Assembly (NCBI GenBank): GCA_041859375.1
Contig: JBHEKP010000150.1
Location: 1-50,673, forward strand
Reading direction: 5' to 3'
From: Candidatus Hydrogenedentales bacterium
GTDB lineage: Bacteria; Hydrogenedentota; Hydrogenedentia; Hydrogenedentales; CAITNO01
DNA length: 50,673 nt
The translations under genes were made by a program, and so were the position numbers. How positions within the stretch are numbered: position 1 is the stretch's first letter; each line of letters starts with the position of its first letter. The notes below the pieces were generated by a model. It searched no databases, was not told where the DNA came from, and saw only the letters and a program-made list of their open reading frames with translations. Positions 18,041 through 27,367 of the stretch are shown in pieces.

Positions 18041-19183
18041 TTATTTCGCCGCGCCGCCGTCGCGGGCGTCTTTGTGGTCCAGGAAACAGCATCCGGGGCA
18101 CATGGCGAAGAGCTTTTTCTGGCAGGTCTGGCGGAATCCGCGCATCACCATGCCGTTCCATATTTCCCTGAGGCTCTGTTCGCGCACGTTGCCGACCTTC
18201 ACGATCCAGCAGGGGTAGGCGTTGCCCTGCCTGCCGATGATGAGGGTGTTCCAGGCGTTGCGGCACTCGTAGTTCTTCAGGTTGATGCCCGTGTCGTAGT
18301 AGGCGATGAGTTCGCTCCGGGGCATGCGCGGCAGGCGCAGCTCGATGCCCGCGTCGCGCGCGGCCGCCTCGGTGCGGTCCAGCGCTTCGGCCAGCGCCTT
18401 CGGGTCAATGCGCGGCCAGTTGATGTCCGTGGTGCTGAAGGAGGCGGGATCCACCTCCCCGAGGCCGGGCAAGTCGTGCATGCGCGTTTCCGTCACGAGG
18501 TTCAGCACGTCCGCACCGGACCCGGCGATCACCGCCGGCATGTGGTGAAGGACGTCCACGTTGTCCTTCTGGATGACCGTGGTGACGTGAATCATGGGGC
18601 AGGCCCTGCCGGAGGCGTCGCGGTGCTTCCGCAGCATGCGGATGCCGGACATGGACCTTTCGAAGGCGCCGCGCAGCCGCCGTATCTCGTCGTGCCGGTC
18701 TCCCGGCCCCTCAAGGGAGGTGCCGGCGAAATTGAAGCCGAGTCCGCCGATGCGCCGCGGCGCCAGGGCCACCACGGCCTCCGCCCGGTCCTCCGGCAGC
18801 ATGGTTGTGTTCGACACGAAATGGGTGCGCGCCCGCGACGAGGCGTGGGTGAGCAGTTCCATGAAATCTTTGCGCACAAAGGGCTCGCCGCCGGTGAAGG
18901 TGATGAGGCTGAAGCGCTGCACCTGGTCAATCACCCGGTGCCATTCCTCCGTGGACAGCTCACCCTCCATCTGTTTCCGGGTCGGCACGTTTTCAAGAAA
19001 GTCAATGTACTGGCACATCTTGCAGCGCAGGTTGCAGCGGCGCGTCACCTCGAAATAGTAGTGCCAGGCGGGAAAGGCGTAGCCGGAGCGCATGTATTTG
19101 TACGGCACGGCGCTGTACATGCGCTGGGCCCACTCATAGAGGCTGGAAATGTGCAACAGGCCCTTGTCGGCTCGTTTTTGCAT
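18041..19183 (-). CDS. Radical SAM enzyme with C-terminal SPASM/twitch-like Cys cluster
   Basis: CNLRCKMC (CxxxCxxC) follows YYFEVTRR. The C-terminal cysteines are ECRNAW...GNAYPCW...QTCQKKLFAMCPGCCF. Confidence 0.85.
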   Translation of the reverse strand: MQKRADKGLLHISSLYEWAQRMYSAVPYKYMRSGYAFPAWHYYFEVTRRCNLRCKMCQYIDFLENVPTRKQMEGELSTEEWHRVIDQVQRFSLITFTGGEPFVRKDFMELLTHASSRARTHFVSNTTMLPEDRAEAVVALAPRRIGGLGFNFAGTSLEGPGDRHDEIRRLRGAFERSMSGIRMLRKHRDASGRACPMIHVTTVIQKDNVDVLHHMPAVIAGSGADVLNLVTETRMHDLPGLGEVDPASFSTTDINWPRIDPKALAEALDRTEAAARDAGIELRLPRMPRSELIAYYDTGINLKNYECRNAWNTLIIGRQGNAYPCWIVKVGNVREQSLREIWNGMVMRGFRQTCQKKLFAMCPGCCFLDHKDARDGGAAK

Positions 19184-19768
19184 GGCGCTCTTTCAAAAAA
19201 GGAAACCCGGGATGGGGCGCGTTAGGGAACAGCCCCTTCCGGCGGGGCTATTCCATGGCCTGTATTGTACACGCGCGCCGCCCCGCCGCTCCATCCTTCC
19301 CCACCGGGGCAGGCGCGCCGTTGTGGACAACAACGCACGCATATATGAAATAAACAAAAAATGCGAATATGGCGCGCAAAAAAAACGATGACCAGCCGTT
19401 TCCACTAATATTTTTGTTGAAAAAAAGTTGTTTACAACCTATGATTTGACTAGAGCACAGCACTTATTTTGAATGGGCCGTGTTTCCACACAACCCATAT
19501 TCAATTTTTTTTGTCCTTATGTTTTTTGAGGCGCACATCAGTCGGCCTTGCAACGCACAAGGAAAACCGTGGTGAAAAAATGGATGGCGTGCACCGGGGG
19601 GGAAGCGGCGCTTTTTCCCAACCGCCACGCATCCACCCCCTCCACCCCCGTCCTTTCCCGCCATCGAATCCCCTCCCTTGGTTTCCAACAACGAACGGGC
19701 CGCACACTGGCCCGGAGTTGCGCGGTATTTTCCCGCACCCGTTCCGATCAAAAGGAGAATGCGAACTA

Positions 19769-22700
19769 ATGCAAACATCCACCACTTCCCCGGCCGCACG
19801 ATTCTTCGGAGTTTCCCTTGCCGCGGCCGGAATGATGCTGTGCGCTTTTCTTTGCGCCACAGGCGCGCAGGCCGCCACGCTTGACGACCTGTACAAAAAC
19901 AGCGGCTCCCCCTCGCTGGGCAGGGTGGTTCTCGCCCCGGGAGACTGGGTGACCATCAACACGAGGAATGCCGGCGGCGCCAACCCGACCTTTGTGGTCA
20001 ACGGCACAACAACATACACGGGTGTTGCGATAAATTACGGCCAGGGTGAAGTGGCCGTTTTTTATTTCGATCACCTCAACGTCCCCGAAGGTGTTGACAT
20101 CACGGTCACCGGCACCCGCCCCCTGTCCATCGTGTCCGACAATGACATGGTGTGGGGTGCCTCCGTGCTCGTGCCCGCCGGACAGCTTGGCGGCGGCGCG
20201 GGCGGCGCGGGCCGGGCGGGCGGCGGCGGCGGCGCGGGCGGCGGCGGCGGCGCGGGTGGCCGGGGCGGTTCGGGCGGCGGCGGCGGCGGCGGCGGCAACC
20301 GGGTTGGCGGCGGGAACACCACGGGCGGCGCGGGCGGCCGGGGCAGCGCGGGGCTGGACGGTGTTTCAGGCGGCGCGGGCAATTCGGGCGGCACAGGCGT
20401 GCAGGGGTTTGCCGGCGGGGCCGGATTCGGCGGAACGCCCGCGCCTGCGGGCGGCGCGGGCGGCGGCAGCGGGTCCGGCCTGGACGGCGGACTCCGGGGC
20501 ACCGGCGGCCCCCAGACGGGCTTGACGGCCGGGGGTATTCTTACAGCGGACGAACTCCATGTGCCGGTGGACACCGGCTTTTTGGGCATCACGCTTCATG
20601 CGTATATCCGGGTCGGCCTGGGTGGTTCGGACGGCACCAGCAATCCGGGCAACGCGGGCAGTCCGGGCAATGACGGCCTGGCGGGCCAGTCCGGCGGCCA
20701 GGGTGCGGCGGCAGAGTATGACAACACCGGTTTGGCGGACACGCTGACGCTGGCGGCGGGTTCGGGCGGCGCGGGTGGCGGCGGCGGCGGCGGCGGTGCG
20801 GGCGGTGCGGGCGGCGGCGGCGGTGGCGGCGGTTCGGGTGGTGCGGGCGGCGGCGGCGGCGCCGGTTCAACAATCAGTGTTTCCGGACTGGACTGGCTTA
20901 TTGATCTGTTTTTTGGCGGCCGCGACATCGCCGGGTCGGGCGGCGGCGGCGGCGGTTCCGGTGCGGGCTGTTCGGGCGGTTCGGCGGGCGCGGCGGGCGC
21001 GGCGGGCGGCCAGGGAAGGATGAAGAAGAATGCCTCTCCGGGCAACGGCGGCGCGGGCGCCGGGGCCAATGGCGGCGGTGGCGGCGGCGCGGCGTCTCCG
21101 GGGGGAAGCGGCGCGGCGGGCGGCGGCGGTGTCGGCGGCACGGCGGGCGCGGGCGGCACGGGTGGTTCGGGTGGTTCGGGCGGTTCGGGCGGCGCTGGCG
21201 GCGGCTCCTTTGTGCTTGCGGCGCGCGGCGTGCTTCAAATCATCGGCGCGCCGATTTTTGACGTTTCATCCACCGGCGGAACGACGGGCGCCGGCGGCAA
21301 CAACGGCGCGGCGGGCGCGGGCGGCACGGCGGGCAGCTCGGGCGGCGCGGGCGGCGCCGGACCTTCAATTATCATAGAAAACGGCACCATTGCCGGGCTT
21401 CTTGGGTCAAACGCGAGCCTTTTGAGCAAGGGCGGCAACGGCGGTGACGGCGGCAAGGGCGGCACGGGCGGCGCGGGCGGCCGGGGCGGCAAGGGCGGCA
21501 CGGGCGGCGCGGGCGGCCTGGGGGTGCCGGGCATGGTCAAGCTCCAGGGCTCCATCATCCTTGTGGACGATCAGGCCACCGTGGCGGCCAACAACGTGAA
21601 CGGCGCCACCGCCGCGAAACGGAACGGCTTCTTTTCGCGCATTTCGAACATGGGGCAGCAGCTGTTGTCGGACAACGTTCCCGCGTTCGACGCGCCCAAC
21701 ATCAACCGGGGCGTGCTGACCAACCCCACGGCGATCCAGGGCCCGAACTCCTTCGACGCCGATCCGGGCCATCCCTTCATCGGCGAGCTTCGCAACAGCA
21801 ACCAGGCCCTGCCTTACCGCATGGCGGACACGGAGGGCTTCCTGGACACGGCGGGCGGATTCTGGAACCAGGCCGAGATAATCCCCGGACAGTTCCCGAA
21901 CCTCCGCAACGTGGAAATCGCCCGTGTTTCCGGCATATTCAACGGTTACGATCAGATTTATGTGAGAAACAGAAGCGCCGTCACGGCAAACGGCGTGATG
22001 CTCAACGTTGACGGCGTGGCGACGCCGCTGCCGCCCGAGCCGGGCTCCTCGGTTCCGGGGAGCATGTCCCCCGGCAGCGTGTTCACCACGACGGTGGCCA
22101 GCACGGTTTCCTATGTGGGTCTTGGCGCGGGCGTGATGACCTTCGCGCCGCCCGTTTCCAGGACGGCGACGGTCAACAGCACCGTCGCCCTCTCCGTGAC
22201 GGTCACCCAGAGCAACGGCACCCCGACCTACAGGTGGCAGTATTACAACCCGGACACGGGCCTTTGGGTGAACTACACGGGCGCGAACGCAAACACCCGC
22301 GCCATCAGCTATGATGTTGACTGCGCGCCGCTTTACGAGACGGACCGGTTCCGGTGCGTCATCGAGGACAACACCCAGCAGGTCATTGCGGGCCCGGCCA
22401 CGATCACCTATGTGGACGTGCCGATAACCTTCAACTCCCAGGCGGGCCCGGTGGGGATCAGGGTGGGCGACACGCCGCCCCCGATAATGGTGGACGCGCA
22501 GGGCGGAAACGCCATGACCTATTACGGCCCCCCCGGCAATTTTGACTTCCAGTGGGAGCGCCTCAACCCGGTGAGCAACCTTTGGGAGCCGCTCGCCTCG
22601 AACCCCGGCAATTACACGGCCGCGGGCGACCAGTTGAGCCTTGCCAACGCCCAGCTTTCCGACAGCGGCTCCTTCCGCTGCGTGGTTTATGACGCGCCCT

Positions 22701-25700
22701 TCCCGGGGTGCAAGGTGTCGCCGCCGGTGGCGACCGGCGTTTACCTGATCACCGTGTACGACAACCTCGCGATCCGCACCCAGCCCCAGGGGCAGACGGC
22801 GCATCTGGGCCAGGACTTCCTGCTCTCGGTGGATGTTCCGGAGACGCTGAGGAACATCACCTACACGTGGGAAAAATTCACCGGCACCCCGCCGGCGTCG
22901 GGATGTCCCGACCCGCTTTCCCCGAACTGGGCCCCCGTTCCCGGGGCGTCCGGCACGCCGAAGCACATGATGGCCGCCGAAACCGCCACCGACGGCTACT
23001 ACCGCGTGACGCTGGCGGATCCGCTGGGGAGCGTGGTGCGCTCGGACTGCGCCCGCATGACGGCGCTCCCCTTTGCCCTTTCGCGCGAGCCGGAGGATCT
23101 GTACGCGTACACGGCCGCGGTCCCGCCGCAAATCGAGGTGGTGGCGGAGGACGCGCGGGGCACGGTTGAGTACCAGTGGTTCCGGGTCGGCGCGAAGGCG
23201 CAGATCCCGATTCCGGGCGCGACGGGCAGCACCCTGTCCTTTGCGTCCCCGACGGTGGGCGAGGAAACCTACCAGTGCCGGGTGGTTGACAACACCGGCG
23301 CGCCCTCGCCCGAGGAAATATGGACCCGCCCGGCGAAGGTCCGCGTGGCGAAGCCCTTCACGCTGCTGCAGGGTCTTCAGGACGATCTTGCCGCCGCCGA
23401 GGGCCAGCCGAAGACCTTTGCCGTGCAAACCGAGGGAGGCCTGGACGTGCATTACCAGTGGAGCAGGGATGGCCAGCCCATCACGACGCCGGACGCGCCC
23501 GTTTACACCATCCCCTCGGTTTCACTGGAGGACGCCGGCATCTATTCCGTCCTGGTCACCTATCGGGGCGGATCCGTCTCGTCGTCGGCGAACCTTCAGG
23601 TCAGCGGCGGGGTGCCCGCGGCGTCGCCGTGGGGCCTTTGCGCGCTGGCGGCGCTGGTCGCCTGTGCCGCGGCGTGGCTTCTTTGCCGCCGCCCGTCACG
23701 GCGCGCGCTGCTGCCGCTGCTGCTGGCGGGCCTGATGCTCGCCGCCTCGCCGGCGGGCGCGCAGACCGCGCCGGACTTTGACAAGGTGCTGCTCGATCTC
23801 AAGGCGGTGCTGAGCAACCTGTTCACGGTGAACGGCACGGACACGTGGAGCGGCGGCGCCTCGCCCATCTACCAGCGGGTGCAGGGGCAGTCGGGCTTCG
23901 TCGGGTACGATCTGAGCCTTGCGAAGCACGGTGGCAACGGCATAGACAGCGACGACTACTTCTCGCTGGTCGAGACGATCGTGAACACGAGCCAGACGTG
24001 CACGCCGCCCCTGAACACGGTGAACCCGAGCATCATCCCGAACATCCGGTCGGCCTACTGGGTTTCGCGGAACCAGGTCAGGAACCTCGAGCTGACATTG
24101 CGCAACCTGAACGTGCACATTAACAACCTGTCGATATCGGGCATGAACTTCTCCAACCTCGACATTCTCGTTCCGTCCATCACGACGGGCCAGGAGAACA
24201 CACTTCTTGGCTTCCCGGTGGACATTCCCAGCCTCTGGACCAACAAGTACCCGGCGGGCAGTTCGGGCCTGCTGGCGGACGCGGTTGAGCTTCAGGGTCT
24301 TACGGACGCGAACGGGAACCCGGTGGTGTACGACCTTGAGAACTGCCTGATGGACGTGGGCGCGGCGGTCATGACCACGGGCGACGAGGCGGCCATCAAC
24401 TGGTACCGCGGCCTTGTGGGCAACCTCTGCAACGGCATCATCCAGAACGTGGTGCCCAAGCTGCTTGAGGGCATCGCGGGGAAGTCGCTCGACAAGGGGC
24501 TCACCGAGTCGCAGCAGAAGAGCGTGGCCGATCAGCTTTACGCGGCGTCCATCGCGGGCTCGGTGTACGTGGTGTCGGACTGTGCCGGCTGCGAAAAGCA
24601 GGACAAGGCCCTTTACGTGATGACGGGGTGCTCGACACAGGTCATCAACGTTAACATCAACGAGCCGGGGACCGTTGTGAACGGATCCGTCACGATCAAC
24701 GGCGCGGATCTCTGCACCTCCCTGAACGAGGCCATCGGCCAGTTTGCCTGCGGCGCCTATCCCTGCCAGACGGCCCGCCTGGCGTCCACGGGTGATTTGA
24801 ACATGGACGGCCGGACCAACCGCGCCTCCTACGCCCTTGTGTCGGGCGCGCGCGGCGCCTGGTTTGAGGCCGAGGCGGCGGACTTCCCGGAGATTAATGT
24901 CCAGAACTGGCCGGCCCAGCCGGTCAACCCGACCTTCCTGGGGACCATCCCGATGGCGGTTGACGTGGACCACACCCGCGCGGGCGCGCCCAACTACCGG
25001 TTCAGGCTCTACAGGCGCGCCACGCCCGCCGAGCCCTGGGTGCAGGTTGACACCTCGTCCGGTTCATACAACACTTCGACGGGGGTGTACTCCTTCAGCC
25101 TTGACGTGAACTGGCTCCAGGAGCGCCAGTTCCTGTGGACCGTTGAGACCGGCTGCGGCACGGGCCTGAAGCAGTCGCAGGTGTACGCGATCAACGTGCC
25201 CGCGCCCGCCATCACCTTCAACCCGGCGCTGCCCGCGGCGCAGTGCGTGCGCGAGAACGATCCCTTCAGCTTCACGGTTTCGGCGACGTGCCCGCAGGGC
25301 AGCCTGTCGTACCAGTGGCAGCAGGACAGCGGCGCGGGCTGGGCCAATGTGGCCGGGGCGACGGGCCTCACCCTGAGCAGGCCCCAGGCCTCTGCGCAGA
25401 CCCACGCGGGCGTGTACCGCTGCGTGGTGACGAACACCCTCAGCTACCCCGGGGGTTCGGCCTCGTACTCTGCGTTTTCGCCCACGGCCAAGCTGAGCGT
25501 CCTGTATTACCACACCCAGCCGGGCCAGTTTGTCTCGGTCCTGATGGGCACGGGATTCTCCCTGTCGGTGCGTCCGGCGGGCGGCAACGTGGCCTACCCC
25601 GTTCCGTTCTCCGTCCCCGACGCGCAGTACCTGCCCCAGTACACCTACCAGTGGTATCTCAACGATGTGCTGATTCCGGCGGCGTCCAACGCCACGGCGG

Positions 25701-27127
25701 TCACGCCCCGCCTTGTTGTCGCCGCGGCCACCGCGGGCGACGCGGGCGACTACCACTGCGTCATCCGCGACGGCTGCGTCCCCGTGGGATACGGCTTCAC
25801 GCCGAAGACAAAGGTCACCGTCACGGACAGCCCCATCATCATCCCCGATGACGGGCAGCCGGTTGGCGGCGGCCGCCTTGTGGGCGGTGATCCGAAGGGA
25901 TTCCGGGTGGTCGCCACGGGCGGCGAACCGGGACAGCCGCTGACCTGCGAGTGGTACCGGGCGGTGGACGCGGTGGGCAACGGCGCGGTGCTGGTGGCCC
26001 CGCAGGCCGACATGTCGGACATCGGCGGCGGGTTCTTCGAGTCCGTCTTTACCATCAACACGCTTCCTGCGCTGTCGGACACGGGCTACTACTTTGCCAA
26101 GCTGTCCGACGGGCTTCAGGTGGTCGCGTCCATCCCCGCGCCCTACTTTGTGGGCACGCCCCTGACGGTGGTCACCCCGCCGGTGGGGGGGGCCTTCCAC
26201 CACACGACGGAGCACGATCCGGTGCTTTCGGTCGAGATGTCGGGCGGCGTGGGTGCGCTCACCTATGCGTGGTACCGGAACGGCCAGCCCCTTGAGGTCA
26301 ACTCGCCCACCTACAACCTGACCCCCCTTGCGGGCCATGACACCGGCACCTATGAGGTCCGGGTGCGCGACATGGGCACGGGCGACGGGCCGCTTTACGC
26401 CCTGACGCCCACGTATGAGGGGCCGGGCGGGGTGTATGTGTCGCCCCCGGTGCAGATGTCGGTGGCGCCGGAGCTGCTCATGGAGCCGTCGGGCCAGCCC
26501 AAACACCAAACCGGCCCGGTGGGCGGCAGCTACACCTTCAGCGTGGCCACCATGGGCGGCGCGACGCCGCTGGGTTACCAGTGGTTCCGCCGCGCGGGCG
26601 GCGCGGGCACCGACGTCCCCGTGGGCAACGCGCCCTCCTTTACGGTGCCGAGCGCCGGATTGAACGACCAGGGGTTGTACTACTGCGTCATCACGGACCA
26701 GCTTGGCGGTCCCGAGGGGTCGATCACCACGGTGGGCGGCCGCCTGACCCTTGTGGGCACCGACGCCCCGTCGGAGCTGACCATCCTTGTCCAGCCGCAG
26801 GATGTTTCCGTCCAGGAGGGCGGCGACCTGGTCCTGAGCGTGCTGGCGGGCGGCGGCCAGACCACGAACTACACCTTCTCCTGGACCAGAAACGGCCAGC
26901 CCGTTGCCGGCGCCGACGAGGGCGCGCTTCTCATCACACCGGCGACCGGGGATGATGGGGGCGTCTACCGGGTCACGGTGTGCGCGGGTTTGGAGTGTGT
27001 GGAGAGCGCCGCCGCCGTGGTCACCGTCGGCGAGCCGGTGCCCCTGGCCGGCGGCCTTGGCCTTGCGGCCCTGGCCTTGCTGGCCGCGCTGGGCGGGGCC
27101 TCCTCGCTGCGGCGCCCCCGGCGCTGA
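19769..27127 (+). CDS. Giant (2452 aa) glycine-rich, Ig-repeat surface protein with internal and terminal PEP-CTERM-like sorting signals
   Basis: Start at ATG 19769 after AGGAG, with signal peptide MQTSTTSPAARFFGVSLAAAGMMLCAFLCATGAQA. GGxGG tracts span ~20170..21540. Ig-like repeats (YQW...DxGxYxC) span ~22135..23600 and ~25200..27040. The C-terminus is EPVPLAGGLGLAALALLAALGGASSLRRPRR. Confidence 0.85.
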   Translation: MQTSTTSPAARFFGVSLAAAGMMLCAFLCATGAQAATLDDLYKNSGSPSLGRVVLAPGDWVTINTRNAGGANPTFVVNGTTTYTGVAINYGQGEVAVFYFDHLNVPEGVDITVTGTRPLSIVSDNDMVWGASVLVPAGQLGGGAGGAGRAGGGGGAGGGGGAGGRGGSGGGGGGGGNRVGGGNTTGGAGGRGSAGLDGVSGGAGNSGGTGVQGFAGGAGFGGTPAPAGGAGGGSGSGLDGGLRGTGGPQTGLTAGGILTADELHVPVDTGFLGITLHAYIRVGLGGSDGTSNPGNAGSPGNDGLAGQSGGQGAAAEYDNTGLADTLTLAAGSGGAGGGGGGGGAGGAGGGGGGGGSGGAGGGGGAGSTISVSGLDWLIDLFFGGRDIAGSGGGGGGSGAGCSGGSAGAAGAAGGQGRMKKNASPGNGGAGAGANGGGGGGAASPGGSGAAGGGGVGGTAGAGGTGGSGGSGGSGGAGGGSFVLAARGVLQIIGAPIFDVSSTGGTTGAGGNNGAAGAGGTAGSSGGAGGAGPSIIIENGTIAGLLGSNASLLSKGGNGGDGGKGGTGGAGGRGGKGGTGGAGGLGVPGMVKLQGSIILVDDQATVAANNVNGATAAKRNGFFSRISNMGQQLLSDNVPAFDAPNINRGVLTNPTAIQGPNSFDADPGHPFIGELRNSNQALPYRMADTEGFLDTAGGFWNQAEIIPGQFPNLRNVEIARVSGIFNGYDQIYVRNRSAVTANGVMLNVDGVATPLPPEPGSSVPGSMSPGSVFTTTVASTVSYVGLGAGVMTFAPPVSRTATVNSTVALSVTVTQSNGTPTYRWQYYNPDTGLWVNYTGANANTRAISYDVDCAPLYETDRFRCVIEDNTQQVIAGPATITYVDVPITFNSQAGPVGIRVGDTPPPIMVDAQGGNAMTYYGPPGNFDFQWERLNPVSNLWEPLASNPGNYTAAGDQLSLANAQLSDSGSFRCVVYDAPFPGCKVSPPVATGVYLITVYDNLAIRTQPQGQTAHLGQDFLLSVDVPETLRNITYTWEKFTGTPPASGCPDPLSPNWAPVPGASGTPKHMMAAETATDGYYRVTLADPLGSVVRSDCARMTALPFALSREPEDLYAYTAAVPPQIEVVAEDARGTVEYQWFRVGAKAQIPIPGATGSTLSFASPTVGEETYQCRVVDNTGAPSPEEIWTRPAKVRVAKPFTLLQGLQDDLAAAEGQPKTFAVQTEGGLDVHYQWSRDGQPITTPDAPVYTIPSVSLEDAGIYSVLVTYRGGSVSSSANLQVSGGVPAASPWGLCALAALVACAAAWLLCRRPSRRALLPLLLAGLMLAASPAGAQTAPDFDKVLLDLKAVLSNLFTVNGTDTWSGGASPIYQRVQGQSGFVGYDLSLAKHGGNGIDSDDYFSLVETIVNTSQTCTPPLNTVNPSIIPNIRSAYWVSRNQVRNLELTLRNLNVHINNLSISGMNFSNLDILVPSITTGQENTLLGFPVDIPSLWTNKYPAGSSGLLADAVELQGLTDANGNPVVYDLENCLMDVGAAVMTTGDEAAINWYRGLVGNLCNGIIQNVVPKLLEGIAGKSLDKGLTESQQKSVADQLYAASIAGSVYVVSDCAGCEKQDKALYVMTGCSTQVINVNINEPGTVVNGSVTINGADLCTSLNEAIGQFACGAYPCQTARLASTGDLNMDGRTNRASYALVSGARGAWFEAEAADFPEINVQNWPAQPVNPTFLGTIPMAVDVDHTRAGAPNYRFRLYRRATPAEPWVQVDTSSGSYNTSTGVYSFSLDVNWLQERQFLWTVETGCGTGLKQSQVYAINVPAPAITFNPALPAAQCVRENDPFSFTVSATCPQGSLSYQWQQDSGAGWANVAGATGLTLSRPQASAQTHAGVYRCVVTNTLSYPGGSASYSAFSPTAKLSVLYYHTQPGQFVSVLMGTGFSLSVRPAGGNVAYPVPFSVPDAQYLPQYTYQWYLNDVLIPAASNATAVTPRLVVAAATAGDAGDYHCVIRDGCVPVGYGFTPKTKVTVTDSPIIIPDDGQPVGGGRLVGGDPKGFRVVATGGEPGQPLTCEWYRAVDAVGNGAVLVAPQADMSDIGGGFFESVFTINTLPALSDTGYYFAKLSDGLQVVASIPAPYFVGTPLTVVTPPVGGAFHHTTEHDPVLSVEMSGGVGALTYAWYRNGQPLEVNSPTYNLTPLAGHDTGTYEVRVRDMGTGDGPLYALTPTYEGPGGVYVSPPVQMSVAPELLMEPSGQPKHQTGPVGGSYTFSVATMGGATPLGYQWFRRAGGAGTDVPVGNAPSFTVPSAGLNDQGLYYCVITDQLGGPEGSITTVGGRLTLVGTDAPSELTILVQPQDVSVQEGGDLVLSVLAGGGQTTNYTFSWTRNGQPVAGADEGALLITPATGDDGGVYRVTVCAGLECVESAAAVVTVGEPVPLAGGLGLAALALLAALGGASSLRRPRR

Positions 27128-27139
27128 TTTGTGAAAGGT

Positions 27140-27171
27140 CCGGCGCGGCGCCGTAAAAGGTGCCGCGCCGG
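27140..27171 (+). terminator. Hairpin terminator after the giant gene
   Basis: CCGGCGCGGC (27140..27149) pairs with GCCGCGCCGG (27162..27171). The T-tract is weak (TTGT). Confidence 0.5.
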
Positions 27172-27221
27172 TTGTCCGGTTGATGTGCGGCAGACGCCGC
27201 GGTCCGGCCACTTTAAGGGTC

Positions 27222-27251
27222 TTGTCAGCAAGGATAGGCCTCGGGTATTAT
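27222..27251 (+). promoter_or_regulatory. Candidate promoter TTGTCA-18-TATTAT
   Basis: Hexamers at 27222..27227 and 27246..27251. A homologous block upstream of the ABC operon reads TTGCCG-18-TATCAT (33736..33765). Confidence 0.35.
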
Positions 27252-27335
27252 GAACACAGAGTTGAAAAAGGTCCGTTTCCAAACTGAGGGGCGTCCTCGT
27301 CGCGGCGCCCCCGGCATGATAATTAAATGGAAGAC

Positions 27336-27367
27336 GGGGCGTCCCCATCGGGGACGCCCCTGTTTTT
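27336..27367 (+). terminator. Intrinsic terminator inside the leader of gene 27417 (attenuator candidate)
   Basis: GGGGCGTCCCC-atc-GGGGACGCCCC (11-bp perfect stem) followed by TGTTTTTG, 50 nt upstream of the ATG. Confidence 0.6.

Noticed and set aside
20170-21540. Highly repetitive GGC/GGT-rich DNA considered as a CRISPR array or non-coding tandem repeat
   Set aside because: There is no repeat-spacer periodicity. The repeats are in frame within a long ORF and encode GGxGG units flanked by conserved non-repetitive modules.
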